Positions 26,378-36,870 of a stretch of 64,000 nucleotides of DNA are shown here, in pieces. The translations under genes were made by a program, and so were the position numbers. The stretch is taken from positions 1 to 64,000 of IMG/VR virus record IMGVR_UViG_3300021255_003284; one strand, written 5' to 3'. Positions within the stretch are counted from its first letter, which is position 1. Each line of letters starts with the position of its first letter. The DNA comes from a virus (lineage: Duplodnaviria; Caudoviricetes). Below the pieces are notes generated by a model. The model had not been told where the DNA came from, searched no databases, and worked only from the letters and a program-made list of their open reading frames with translations.

Positions 26378-28776
26378 TTGACGAAAGCCGAAGACATCAA
26401 CGCGATCGAAAGCGAAGCGGGCGTCATCGCCTCGCTCATCCACGATCCAGACCTCTGTTTCCATTCCGAGTTCCTTCTGCCGAATCACTTCACCGACAAG
26501 GCAAACCAGTGCGTCTACACAGCCATCGTCGACCTGGCGCACAAGGGCATTTCGACGATCGACGCGTACAACATCCTCGAAGACTTGAACGCGTCCGAGG
26601 CGACGCGCAAGTTCGCCGACGAGCTGACGCTCGACCGACTTCAGGAAATGATCGAGATGTCGGACGTGCTGGCGAGGCATTCGGCCGAGGAATACAGGCT
26701 GCTCGTCAACAACGTCATGGACGCGGCTTTCCGGCGCGATATGTACCGCGCGGCACAGACGTGCCAGGCGCTCTGCTGTGACCGCAACGCCGAGGACATC
26801 GAGCAGAAGATCTACGCCCAGATCGACGGCGTGATGACCGAGTTTTCCACGGCCAACGAGATCCCCGCGTTCGCGGACGTCATCGACGAATGCTGGAACG
26901 AGATCCGATCGCGCCAGTCCGGCGGGTACGCCGGTATCCCATTCAAGTTCCCCACGCTCAACGAGTACGCCACGATCGAGCCGGGCGAGCTGTTCATCTT
27001 CGCGGCCGAAGCCAAGCAGGGCAAAAGCATGATGCTTCTCAACTGCGCGGTCGACCTGCTCAAGCGCGACCTGTCGGTTTTGTATCTCGACTCCGAGCTC
27101 AATACGCGGCTTTTCACGGCCCGCATCCTCGCGCATCTGACCGGCATCGAGTACAAGCGGCTCACGTCCGGAAGCTACACCGAGGATGAGGCTAAGGCCA
27201 TAGACAAGGCGCGGGCGTGGCTCAAGACGCGGAAATTCACGCACATCTATATCCCGATTTTTGACCAGCAGACGATCTACACGGCGGTCAAAAAGGTCAA
27301 GCATGTCCAGAACGGGCTCGACGTTCTGATTGTAGATTACTTCAAGAGCAGCGGTAACGGCGACGCGTTCGATTCCTATCAGGAACTCGGCAAATTCGTG
27401 GATTGATTACAAGGTCCCGTGGCGGAGGAATCCGTCATGTAAAACCCGTTGAATTGCTGGAACCCCCAAAGCCATGTTTCCTACAACGCAGCGATGAAAC
27501 ACGCGCAGTCGTGATAGGCGCGAAAGCAGAAAGAAAAGCATGGATGGCGCATGGTGAAAACCTTAACGCTTTATAAACGGGCAATCAGCAGCCAAGCCCC
27601 GAACAGGGGAAGGTTCAGAGACTAAGCTCACTTGAGCGGCGCGTTCGCCATAGCGCGCTAAGCGGCGGGCATCCAGAACGGATGATGATGTAGTCCGATA
27701 TCCGGCGAAAGTCGGGCCGCGTAAGCGGCAGTGTGTAATTATTCTTATGATGAAAGGTGGTGATATGATGAACACAAAGTATAAAGACAGAACTGGTGAA
27801 CGGCATGGCAGGCTTTTGGTTCTCGGGCCTGCCGAAAGCAGGCGATCTTCAGATGGGAAACCAAGGCGGTATTGGCGGTGTCTGTGCGACTGCGGCAATA
27901 CGATAAATGTAAGGTCTGATTCGCTGGAAAACGACAGAACGAAATCATGTGGATGCCTGCAAAGAGATGTCATTAGCGAGTATATGAGGGAGCATCATCC
28001 GAAGGCGAAATACGGAGAGAGCAGAGAGAGGCTTCATAACATTTGGTATCTCATGAATTACAGATGCGAAGAGCCGACATGTTCTGCTTACAAAAACTAT
28101 GGCGGGCGCGGTATTCGGGTATGCAAAGAGTGGAAGGACGTTGATTGCGGGTATCCGAGGTTCAAAGAATGGGCCCTGCAAAATGGATACAACGATGAAT
28201 TGACAATCGACAGGATCGACAATAATGGTAATTACGAACCGTCGAACTGTCGATGGGTTGAAGCCTCTAAACAGAACCGCAATAAGCGTTCAAATATAAG
28301 GTGTGTTTGGCATGGCGCGGAATTTACTATTGCAGAGCTATCGCGAGAAGTTGGTATGCCATACAAAACACTATACAATCGTATCCGAGCATTGCATTGG
28401 GATATTGAGCGCGCTCTTACGACCCCTATAAGAAAGTAATTATGGCAAAGCACACTGAACATTTTTGCTTGTCAAAAACAAAATCTGCGGAGATATGGGC
28501 ATTGCCGGTATCGGTGCGGCTCAGGCCACATCCTCCGGCAAGGTCGCTGACTCGGCCAAGATCGGCCGCAACGCCTCGACGATCGCGCTCATTCAGGACA
28601 AATCAGCCGAGGAAATCGCGGCGGACGGCCCAGAATGCGGCAATAAGAAACTCCGCGTCGTCCTCAACCGCAACGGCATGCAGATGGCGGAGGGTGAATA
28701 TATAGACCTCAGCTTCGATGGAAACAAAATACTCTACGCCGAGGCGAAACAGCATATCCCACACGTCCCGTTCTGA
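26378..28776 (+). CDS. dnaB: replicative DNA helicase, spliced: join(26378..27403,28468..28776), about 444 aa
   Basis: ESEAGVI; AEAKQGKS; YLDSEL; LIVDY; exon 2 GAAQ..ADSAKIGRNAS..NRNG. Confidence 0.88.
27404..28467 (+). mobile_element. group I intron in dnaB
   Basis: P1 GGAU/GUCC; P GAATTGCTGGAA; Q AATCAGCAGCC; R TCAGAGACTA; S GATGTAGTCC; terminal G. Confidence 0.88.
27765..28439 (+). CDS. intron-encoded HNH-type homing endonuclease
   Basis: CLCDCG..SCGC; YGGRGI; LTIDRIDNNGNYEPSNCRW. Confidence 0.85.
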   Translation: MMNTKYKDRTGERHGRLLVLGPAESRRSSDGKPRRYWRCLCDCGNTINVRSDSLENDRTKSCGCLQRDVISEYMREHHPKAKYGESRERLHNIWYLMNYRCEEPTCSAYKNYGGRGIRVCKEWKDVDCGYPRFKEWALQNGYNDELTIDRIDNNGNYEPSNCRWVEASKQNRNKRSNIRCVWHGAEFTIAELSREVGMPYKTLYNRIRALHWDIERALTTPIRK

Positions 28777-28812
28777 TTTTTTGTCACTCACGACACGCTT
28801 AATGGAGAGATT

Positions 28813-29004
28813 ATGAGTTACATAGAATTGTGCGGCGAAGACCCGTCCGGCTGGACGCCGGCGATGATCTTCTGGAAGATCGCCGAGCTCGAACGCGCCA
28901 AAGAGAAGGCGTACCGGGCTTTTATCGACGACATGGCTGACATGGAAAGACAGATCAGCTATCTGCAGACGCTCATATCGAATTCCGGTGTTTTTGACGG
29001 TTAA
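28813..29004 (+). CDS. small hypothetical protein
   Basis: GGAGAG SD. Confidence 0.6.
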   Translation: MSYIELCGEDPSGWTPAMIFWKIAELERAKEKAYRAFIDDMADMERQISYLQTLISNSGVFDG

Positions 29005-29169
29005 AGGACACAATATGCAACTAAAAAAGGGGGCATCGCCTCCGCTCTCAGCGGATGGTTGGGGCGGCGATGTGGCGCAGAGATGTCAGAGGGAACACTG
29101 CGCATTAAAAGGGTGTAATAAACGAGAATGGGGATGATGATATACAGGAAGCAATAGACGCATTCAACC

Positions 29170-29406
29170 GTGCGCACTCAGTTCCTCAGTAGCATTACCC
29201 CGGAAGGGGCTGAGATAATAATAGATAAGTTGCGATTATGCTGTGATGTTGAGCCAATTATTGTTGTTGAGAATTTTCGCAATACGAAGTATAAAATGCG
29301 CAGACTTAGATGCCCAAAGTGCGGAATGCAAACCCAGCCCAAGAAGTTTTTTGTGGATGCTGTTCGTGAATGGAATAATCCAGAAAACGTTCACACGAAC
29401 AAATGA
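29170..29406 (+). CDS. small Zn-ribbon (Lar-like) protein; start uncertain
   Basis: CC..CPKCG..AVREWN. Confidence 0.5.
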   Translation: MRTQFLSSITPEGAEIIIDKLRLCCDVEPIIVVENFRNTKYKMRRLRCPKCGMQTQPKKFFVDAVREWNNPENVHTNK

Positions 29407-29621
29407 CTGTTTTAGAGGAGGAACGTATGTTGAACTGCTATGAATGCAAGTACGCCGACAAAATAACCGAGTGTGAGTATGTATGTACTGCCGACCAGTA
29501 CGATATTGACAATAAGACGTGCTTTGTGCCGCGAGGCTTGGATGATGCAGACGAAGCGGCCTTCCGTGACATCAACCGTATCTCTGCGAACATGGACTTC
29601 ATGAGTGAATTGCTCAAATAA
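29403..29621 (+). CDS. small Cys-rich hypothetical protein
   Basis: GAGGAGG SD, CYEC. Confidence 0.6.
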   Translation: MTVLEEERMLNCYECKYADKITECEYVCTADQYDIDNKTCFVPRGLDDADEAAFRDINRISANMDFMSELLK

Positions 29622-29877
29622 TGTGGGGTTAGCTATTATGCAAAAATGCGTCATCATCCACAACAAAGCCCGCTGTAAACTGTGCGGCGATGTCATCGAA
29701 TCCCACACGGCACACGACTTCGTGACGTGTTCGTGCGGCTCGGTGTCCGTCGACGGCGGTAAATCGTATCTGAAGCGGTCTTTTCTGTCGCCGGACTGCT
29801 ATGAAGACCTGTCCGAGTGCGAATGGGTCGAGGCCGGTCAGCTGAACGTCGCGTCAGGGCCGAGATACGCGCCATGA
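29605..29877 (+). CDS. small Zn-binding phage protein
   Basis: CKLCGDVIES..HDFVTCSCG..VDGG. Confidence 0.7.
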   Translation: MNCSNNVGLAIMQKCVIIHNKARCKLCGDVIESHTAHDFVTCSCGSVSVDGGKSYLKRSFLSPDCYEDLSECEWVEAGQLNVASGPRYAP

Positions 29878-30872
29878 GCGAGGCGTCTTTGGATGAACTC
29901 ATCGCCGCGATCGACATCGTCGAGTACATCGGCCAGTTTGTCGACCTCGAACAGCGCGGAGACGAGTTCTGGGGGCTTTCGTGTTTCAAGGACGAAAAGA
30001 CGCCTTCGTTTTCGGTCCGCCGCGAGCCGCCGGTGTTCTTCGACTACTCATCCGGTATCGGCGGCAACGTTTTCACGTTCACAAAGTTCTATTATCACTG
30101 TTCCGCGGGCGAAGCGGTGCAAAAACTCAGCGATTACGCCGGTTTTTCCGATAATCAGGCCGGTGATATCAAAAGAGCGCCCCGTTTGAGCGCGACGCAG
30201 GTATTCAAGCGGTATCAAAAGCCGATCCACACCCAGAAACCGTCGTCGGCTAAGGTCTTGCCGCCCGATTACATGCTCAGGTATGAAAACCGGCCCGAAA
30301 AGCTTCAGGTCTGGCGTGACGAGGGCATTTCAGACGTGGTCATGGCCAAATTTCAGGTCAGATACGACCCGTTTTCCGACCGCATCGTATATCCGATCCG
30401 AAACTTGGAGGGCGACATCGTCAACGTCGGCGGCCGGACACTCGACCCGCTCTGGAAGGAGAAGGATCTGAAAAAATACTGCTATTTTCACTCGTGGGGC
30501 ACGCTCGACGTGATCTACGGCGCGTTCGAGAACATGCAGGGCATCATGGCCCGGCGCGAGATCATCCTTTTCGAGGGCTGCAAGTCTGTTTTGATCGCCG
30601 CGTCGTTCGGCGTCACGAATACGGGCGCGCTGCTGACGTCACACCTCAATCCGAACCAGCTTCGCCTGTTGGCCCGGCTCGGATGCGACGTGGTTTTCGC
30701 GCTCGACAACGACGTTGATGTGCGGCGCGACCACAACATCCAGAAACTTCAGCATTACGTCCGCGTCACGCGGATACACGACACGTCGGGTCTTCTCGAC
30801 GAGAAAGATTCACCCGTCGACAAGGGAGAGGAGGTTTTCAGGAAGCTCTATGCCGACAGAATTGCAATATGA
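29874..30872 (+). CDS. dnaG: DNA primase
   Basis: EKTPSF (degenerate CHC2 Zn finger); RIVYPI..GGR; TOPRIM LFEG..FALDND. Confidence 0.9.
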   Translation: MSEASLDELIAAIDIVEYIGQFVDLEQRGDEFWGLSCFKDEKTPSFSVRREPPVFFDYSSGIGGNVFTFTKFYYHCSAGEAVQKLSDYAGFSDNQAGDIKRAPRLSATQVFKRYQKPIHTQKPSSAKVLPPDYMLRYENRPEKLQVWRDEGISDVVMAKFQVRYDPFSDRIVYPIRNLEGDIVNVGGRTLDPLWKEKDLKKYCYFHSWGTLDVIYGAFENMQGIMARREIILFEGCKSVLIAASFGVTNTGALLTSHLNPNQLRLLARLGCDVVFALDNDVDVRRDHNIQKLQHYVRVTRIHDTSGLLDEKDSPVDKGEEVFRKLYADRIAI

Positions 30873-30882
30873 CGGTGAAAAC

Positions 30883-31173
30883 ATGTATTATGTCGCCACC
30901 ACAACCAGTGACCAGAATTATGCCGCCACCACAATCATTGACCGGGATGTTTCCGAAATCACAATCCCCGCTTTTACTTTTAGACCCACATATGACGCTT
31001 TTGATGCGTTGTTTGTGACAGCAGGCGCGTTAGCAGGCGCGTTAGCAGGCGCGTTTGGCGGCGGTCAGGGAGAGACGCTCAGCTCGGAAGAAATGAGCGA
31101 CTGCGATCTGATCATGCCGGCGGAGCCACTCGACCAGCTCGACGAGTTCCTCGACTCCTTTGAGAGGAGGTAA
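30883..31173 (+). CDS. hypothetical protein
   Basis: ORF filling the gap before dnaE; internal 12-bp tandem repeat. Confidence 0.5.
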   Translation: MYYVATTTSDQNYAATTIIDRDVSEITIPAFTFRPTYDAFDALFVTAGALAGALAGAFGGGQGETLSSEEMSDCDLIMPAEPLDQLDEFLDSFERR

Positions 31174-31184
31174 GACGGCGCAGC

Positions 31185-34100
31185 GTGGACAACTACACAG
31201 TCTATCATCTTCACAGTGATCTTTCCAACGGCGTCACAAATATCGATTCCGTCACGAAGTTCCAGTCATATATCGACCGGGCCGCCGAGTGCGGCATGAA
31301 GTCGCTCGGGTTTTCCGAACACGGTTCGATCTTCGAGTGGTGGCACAAGAAGACGGCCATCGAAAACGCCGGCATGAAATACATACACGGCGTCGAGGCG
31401 TACCTGACCGCGACGCTCGGCGAGAAGATTCGCGACAACTACCACTGCGTGCTGATCGCCCGGGATTACGACGGGTTTTTGGAACTCAACAGGCTCATTT
31501 CAAAGAGTTTTACGCGCACAGACAATCATTTTTACTACGTTCCGCGCGTTTCGTTCGACGAGCTGTTCGCCACGTCCGATCACATCATCGTGACGACGGC
31601 CTGCGTCGGCGGCGTCCTCGGCAAATCTGACGACGAAAGCGTCGTCGGTCCGTATCTCGAGTTTTTGAAGCGCAACAGCGACCGCTGCTTTCTTGAGATC
31701 GGCCACCATATCGACGAAAAACAGCGCGCCTACAACAAAAAGATCTTCGATCTGAGCCGTGAAAGCGGGCTGCGCCTGATCGCTGGTACGGACACGCACG
31801 TCCTTGACGCCCGTCACGAGAAGGGCCGCGCCATCCTTCAGGCGTCGAAGAACATCACCTTCGGCGGCGAGGAAAACTGGGATCTGCGGTTTAAGACGCT
31901 CGACGAACTGGTCGAGGCGTACAGGCTCCAGGGTGCGCTGCCAATGGATGTCTGTATGGAAGCGATCGGCAACACGAACGTCCTTTCCGACATGGTCGAG
32001 CCGTTCAAAATCGATTGTGGCACGAAGTACCCGCACATCTACGACGATCCGGAGGCGGTTTTTGAACGCAAGATAGCGGAGGCCATCGACAGCCATCCGT
32101 ACGCGCTGAAAAACCACACGCGCGACGAGATCGACGCCGTCGTCTCAAAGGAGCTCGAGGTGTACAAGGCGACCGGGTCGATCGACTTCATGCTCATGCA
32201 GACGTACCTGCGCGAGTGGGAAAAATCGCAGGGCATCCAGAGCGGGTATGGGCGCGGTTCGGTTTCGGGCAGTATGATCGCGTACCTGCTCGGCATTACG
32301 CAAATGGACAGCATGAAATTCGGGCTTAACTTCTTCCGCTTCATGAATCCTTCCCGCGTGACGAACGCCGACATCGACACAGATTACGCCGGTCCGGACC
32401 GAGACAGGGTCAAGCAGTTTTTGCTGCGCGACAAAATGAACCTCCCGTCGATCCGCTCGGCGGAGATCATTACATTTAATACGATCGCGCTCAAGGGCGC
32501 GGTCCGTGATGTCTGCCGGGCTTTGTTCAAAGAGAGCGAAAAAGTCAACTATCTCGATCTGGCCGCGGAGATCAACGCGCTGGCCGAGACCGACGAGGAA
32601 GCGGCGCGCAAGAAATGGCCCGACGTATTCGAGTACGTCGACATCATCAACGGCACGATCGTGTCCATCGGCACCCATCCCAGCGGTGTCCTCATATCGG
32701 ACCTGCCGATCGACGAGACGATCGGGCTGTGCAGCGTTTCGACTTCCGACTACCCGGTCTCCATGATCAATATGAAGGAGCTCGACGATCAGTTCTATGT
32801 CAAGCTCGACATCCTCGGTCTGGACAATCTGGCCGTCATCAACGATACATGCAAAATGCTTGGTATCGAGCGGCTTACGCCGGACAACGTCGACCTCGAA
32901 GACATGGATGTCTGGAAAAGCATCCGCGACGACACGACGCTCATCTTCCAATGGGAATCTCAGAGCGCGAGCGTCTATCTGCGCCGCTTCATGTCGGACG
33001 AAACGCTCCGGATCGCAAAGGCGAGGACGCCGAATTTTTCGATGCTCAAGTGGATGTCGTTCGGGAACGGCCTGATCAGGCCGGCCTGCGCGAGCTTCCG
33101 CGACAGCGTCGCAAAGGGCGAGTTTTACGACAACGGGTTCGACGCGCTCAACGAGTTCCTCGCGCCTGAAGCGGGGCGCATCGCCATGCAGGAGACGATC
33201 ATGCGGTTCCTCGTGCGGTTCTGCGGTTATTCCGACGCCGAGTCAGACAACGTCCGGCGCGGCATCGCCAAGAAAAAAGGCACGGAAACGCTGCTTCCCG
33301 AGATCGAACGTAGATTCACGGAGCATTGCGGTGCGGAATTCGGCATGTCGCCCGAACAGTGTGAACGGATCATCAAACCATTCCTTCAGGTCATCCTCGA
33401 CGCGTCGTCGTACGCGTTTTCGTGGAACCATTCCGACTCCTATTCGGCCGTCGGGTACATTTGCGGGTATCTGAGGTACTATCATCCGCTCGAATTCCTC
33501 ACGGCTTCATTAAATACGTTCGGCGACGACTCGGACAAGACGGCGCAGATCACAAAATACGCCCAGAAAGTCGGTATCCGCATCACGATGCCAAAATTCG
33601 GGGTTTCCCGGAGCAAATACTTCTACGACGCCGACAAGCGCGTCATCGCAAAGGGCCTGTCCAGCGTCAAGTACATGTCCGAGGCGGTTTCCGAGGCGCT
33701 TTATGACCTTGGCCGCTCGAAAAAGTACGAAAGGTTCGTCGACCTGCTCGCCGACATCGACCGCGAGACGTCGATCAACACGCGCCAGCTCGATATCCTT
33801 ATCCGGATCGACTTTTTCTCGGATTTTGGCAACCAGCGTGAGCTTCTGGCCGTGACAGAGCTGTTCTACGACACGTTCAATCGTGGTCAGGCCAAAAAGA
33901 TCGCCAAATCGCGCATCGAGGGCACACCGCTGGAGGCGATCGTGCGCAAATACGCGGTCGGCGAGACAAAAACGGGCGGCATCGCGAAAAGCTACACGCT
34001 CCTGGACGTCACATCCATCCTGCGCGAGGCGGAAGACGCCGTCAAATCCAGCGGGATGTCCGATCTGCCAGACACGGTCAAGGTGCGCGCCTTCGCGGAC

Positions 34101-34397
34101 ATCATGGGCTACGCCGGATACGTGTCCGGCCGCGAGGAAGACCGCCGCAAGCTCTATGTGTCCGATATAAGGCCGCTCGTTCGCAAGAAAGACGGCAAAC
34201 AGTTCGGATATTCCATCGTGACGAAGTCGATCGGCAGCGGTGTCGACAGCCGCTTCACGGTTTTCAACCAATTATATAAGACCGACCCGATCAAAAAGGG
34301 TGACATCATCTGGTGCTCGTCATACGAACGGGAGGGCGCGTACTTCAAGCTCACCGGGTTCAGAAAAATCGGCTACGACGAGTGCCGCAGCGTATGA
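31185..34397 (+). CDS. dnaE: DNA polymerase III alpha subunit
   Basis: PHP domain HLHS/EHG/DTH; GRGSVSGS; DIDTD; HPSG; KLDILGL; YAFSWNHS. Confidence 0.95.
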   Translation: MDNYTVYHLHSDLSNGVTNIDSVTKFQSYIDRAAECGMKSLGFSEHGSIFEWWHKKTAIENAGMKYIHGVEAYLTATLGEKIRDNYHCVLIARDYDGFLELNRLISKSFTRTDNHFYYVPRVSFDELFATSDHIIVTTACVGGVLGKSDDESVVGPYLEFLKRNSDRCFLEIGHHIDEKQRAYNKKIFDLSRESGLRLIAGTDTHVLDARHEKGRAILQASKNITFGGEENWDLRFKTLDELVEAYRLQGALPMDVCMEAIGNTNVLSDMVEPFKIDCGTKYPHIYDDPEAVFERKIAEAIDSHPYALKNHTRDEIDAVVSKELEVYKATGSIDFMLMQTYLREWEKSQGIQSGYGRGSVSGSMIAYLLGITQMDSMKFGLNFFRFMNPSRVTNADIDTDYAGPDRDRVKQFLLRDKMNLPSIRSAEIITFNTIALKGAVRDVCRALFKESEKVNYLDLAAEINALAETDEEAARKKWPDVFEYVDIINGTIVSIGTHPSGVLISDLPIDETIGLCSVSTSDYPVSMINMKELDDQFYVKLDILGLDNLAVINDTCKMLGIERLTPDNVDLEDMDVWKSIRDDTTLIFQWESQSASVYLRRFMSDETLRIAKARTPNFSMLKWMSFGNGLIRPACASFRDSVAKGEFYDNGFDALNEFLAPEAGRIAMQETIMRFLVRFCGYSDAESDNVRRGIAKKKGTETLLPEIERRFTEHCGAEFGMSPEQCERIIKPFLQVILDASSYAFSWNHSDSYSAVGYICGYLRYYHPLEFLTASLNTFGDDSDKTAQITKYAQKVGIRITMPKFGVSRSKYFYDADKRVIAKGLSSVKYMSEAVSEALYDLGRSKKYERFVDLLADIDRETSINTRQLDILIRIDFFSDFGNQRELLAVTELFYDTFNRGQAKKIAKSRIEGTPLEAIVRKYAVGETKTGGIAKSYTLLDVTSILREAEDAVKSSGMSDLPDTVKVRAFADIMGYAGYVSGREEDRRKLYVSDIRPLVRKKDGKQFGYSIVTKSIGSGVDSRFTVFNQLYKTDPIKKGDIIWCSSYEREGAYFKLTGFRKIGYDECRSV

Positions 34398-34482
34398 TTT
34401 TCCATAAAACGCGCGTTTTTTGCGTATTTTTGTGAAAATATGGTGGTTTTTGACTCAGGTCATTTGAAAGGGGTGATCAGAT

Positions 34483-34941
34483 ATGACGCGCAGAGACAAG
34501 GTAGTCACGGGTCTCAAGGCCTGCCTTGGCAACGATACGATGTGTGCTGACGGCAACTGCCCGTATTACGGGATCGGCGACGAGTGTACCGAAGCGCTTC
34601 TCGGCGATACGACCGGCGAGCTGAACGAGGCCGTTTCAAACGGCGACGAAACGTTCATTAAGGCGATCAGAGAGGCGCTCAAATGCGGCGACCAGCACAT
34701 CATGCTCGACAGCTACGACAATCAGATCAGTCTGCACATCTTTCCGCAGTCTGACGACACGATCGTTTCGATCCGACCGCTCAGCGAGTGGCTGGCCGGG
34801 CTTTCCGAGCCGCCGGGCTACGCGCTCGACGAGATCAGCAATGGCGGCTACGCCTCAGAGGCGTGCCGAATGGCGAAGGCGTGGGAAAAAGCGATCAAAG
34901 ACGCGCTCGATTGCGGGCTTTTGGATGAGGAGGATTCATGA
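34483..34941 (+). CDS. hypothetical protein
   Basis: SD; GLKAC..CPYY, similar start to 43548. Confidence 0.7.
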   Translation: MTRRDKVVTGLKACLGNDTMCADGNCPYYGIGDECTEALLGDTTGELNEAVSNGDETFIKAIREALKCGDQHIMLDSYDNQISLHIFPQSDDTIVSIRPLSEWLAGLSEPPGYALDEISNGGYASEACRMAKAWEKAIKDALDCGLLDEEDS

Positions 34942-35663
34942 GTTTTCAAGACGGTGAAACTTATCACGACAACGGAGCGTATTTCAGCATAGCGGACTGC
35001 GACTGCGTGCATAACGCCCGCGTTTACGGGCTTCGCGAAAGCATCAGGCGCGCGAAATTCCCCATGTCCGTCAAACCGGAAAAACTTGACTGTGAACTGA
35101 CCAAAGGGATCGAGATGCTGGCCAAGAGCCGCAGCGGCGAGGGCCACGACCAGTGGCTGACCGGCGTCGTCGTCCAGTTCGACCTGACGTTTTCCAATAA
35201 AGCGTGGGTCGAGGCCGAGCGCTACCATTTTCTCGACTTCGTTTCGTCCCAGTCGACGATGCACCGCATCGCGCGGTTCGATATCGACAAGGTGTACAAC
35301 GAATACGTGGACCCGCGCATCATTGACATCATGCGCCAGAAGGCCGACGCGTACAACGAAGCCTGTCAGGCTTCCGAGAACGCGCCTGAAGGTCAGGAGG
35401 AGGAGTATGAAGCGCTCAAAACGCGGCGCTATCTCGAACTGCTCTACTCAAATCCGGCCGGTTTTAAGATCACGGCGGGCATGACCACGAACTATCGCCA
35501 GCTCAAGACGATCTACGCCCAGCGTCACAATCACAGGCTGCCCGAATGGCGGGCTTTCTGCCGCTGGATCGAGACGCTGCCCAACGCCGACCTGATCACG
35601 CAGATCCCGCTGAAGGCGACGGTCGCCGTGCAAAACGGCGCGCCTATCCAGTTCGCGGTTTGA
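34938..35663 (+). CDS. ThyX-like (FAD-dependent thymidylate synthase-like) protein
   Basis: ERYHF..SSQSTMHR; TNYRQL..RHNHRLPEW; nucleotide-metabolism context. Confidence 0.55.
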   Translation: MSFQDGETYHDNGAYFSIADCDCVHNARVYGLRESIRRAKFPMSVKPEKLDCELTKGIEMLAKSRSGEGHDQWLTGVVVQFDLTFSNKAWVEAERYHFLDFVSSQSTMHRIARFDIDKVYNEYVDPRIIDIMRQKADAYNEACQASENAPEGQEEEYEALKTRRYLELLYSNPAGFKITAGMTTNYRQLKTIYAQRHNHRLPEWRAFCRWIETLPNADLITQIPLKATVAVQNGAPIQFAV

Positions 35664-35702
35664 TATAAATGTAGCTTTTCGACCAACAACGGAGGTGATC
35701 GT

Positions 35703-36242
35703 TTGTTACTTATCCCGATTTCCGGCCACGCCGGACACGGCAAGGATGCGTTTGCGCATACGCTGCGTCACGCGCTGCAAAGGCGCGGCAAGCGCGTGCT
35801 CTTTACGCACTACGCCGACCTGCTCAAGTACATCTGCAGGACGTTTTTCGGCTGGGACGGCAAAAAGGACGAAGCCGGGCGCACGCTGCTCCAGCGTGTC
35901 GGCACCGATGTTATCCGGGCGCGTGATCCCGATTTCTGGGTCTCGTGGATATCGACAATATTGCAGTTTTTCCCGGACGCGTGGGATGTCGTCCTGATTC
36001 CGGACGCGCGGTTTCCCAATGAGATCGACGGCCTCAGGCAGGCCGGCCGCGTCGTACACATCCGCGTCGTGAGGCCGGGCTTTGCGTCCGCCCTGACGGA
36101 CGCCCAGATGGCGCATCCGTCCGAGACGGCGCTCGACGACGCGGCGGCGGACATAACGGTATTGAACGACGGCTCCCTTCTCGATCTCGACACAGTGGCA
36201 GAAAAAATTGCGGAGGATTTGATTGATGAGCGACATTATTGA
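35703..36242 (+). CDS. deoxynucleoside monophosphate kinase
   Basis: SGHAGHGKD, RTLLQRVGTD, DARFPNE, HPSE. Confidence 0.85.
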   Translation: MLLIPISGHAGHGKDAFAHTLRHALQRRGKRVLFTHYADLLKYICRTFFGWDGKKDEAGRTLLQRVGTDVIRARDPDFWVSWISTILQFFPDAWDVVLIPDARFPNEIDGLRQAGRVVHIRVVRPGFASALTDAQMAHPSETALDDAAADITVLNDGSLLDLDTVAEKIAEDLIDERHY

Positions 36243-36870
36243 AACCGGAACCATTACCCTCGATGAAATCGAAAAGCTGCTCGTTTCGCACGGCGCATCG
36301 ATCGACGGGCTTTTCTACCTGCGAGACATTCGCCAGCGCAAGCTCTACCTGACCGACGTGGTCGACCAGATCACCGTCGACGATCTCGTATCGAACATCA
36401 TCCAGTATAACCGCGACGACAAGGGTCTCGACCCGTCGGAGCGGGTGCCCATCATGCTGTACATCTCGTCGCCCGGCGGCGAGGTCGACGCGGGGTTCGA
36501 GCTGATCGACGCGATCGCGGCGAGCAAGACGCCCGTCTATACGGTCAACCTCGGCGTCTGGTACTCCATGGCTTTCATGATCGGCGTGGCTGGGCACAAG
36601 CGCTTCGCGATGCCCAATTCCAAATTCCTTATTCACGACGGTTCCGGCTACGTCGCCAATTCCGGCTCAAAAATGCGAGACCAGATCGACTTCCAGACGC
36701 GCGTCGAATCCCGCATCCGGGATTTCATCGTCAACAAGACCTTCGTCACCGGCGAGGAATATGATTCCAAGCTGCGCGTCGAGTGGTATCTCTTCGCCGA
36801 CGAGGCCAAGCTCAAGGGCATGGTCGATCACATCATCGGCATCGACTGCGACATCGACGAGGTGGTCTGA
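36226..36870 (+). CDS. clpP: ClpP-family protease subunit
   Basis: YISSPGG, YSMA, FLIHD, ADEAKLKGMVD. Confidence 0.88.
   Translation: MSDIIETGTITLDEIEKLLVSHGASIDGLFYLRDIRQRKLYLTDVVDQITVDDLVSNIIQYNRDDKGLDPSERVPIMLYISSPGGEVDAGFELIDAIAASKTPVYTVNLGVWYSMAFMIGVAGHKRFAMPNSKFLIHDGSGYVANSGSKMRDQIDFQTRVESRIRDFIVNKTFVTGEEYDSKLRVEWYLFADEAKLKGMVDHIIGIDCDIDEVV

Noticed and set aside
31021-31055. 12-bp tandem repeat GCAGGCGCGTTA x3
   Set aside because: In-frame low-complexity expansion (AGAL) with no further structure
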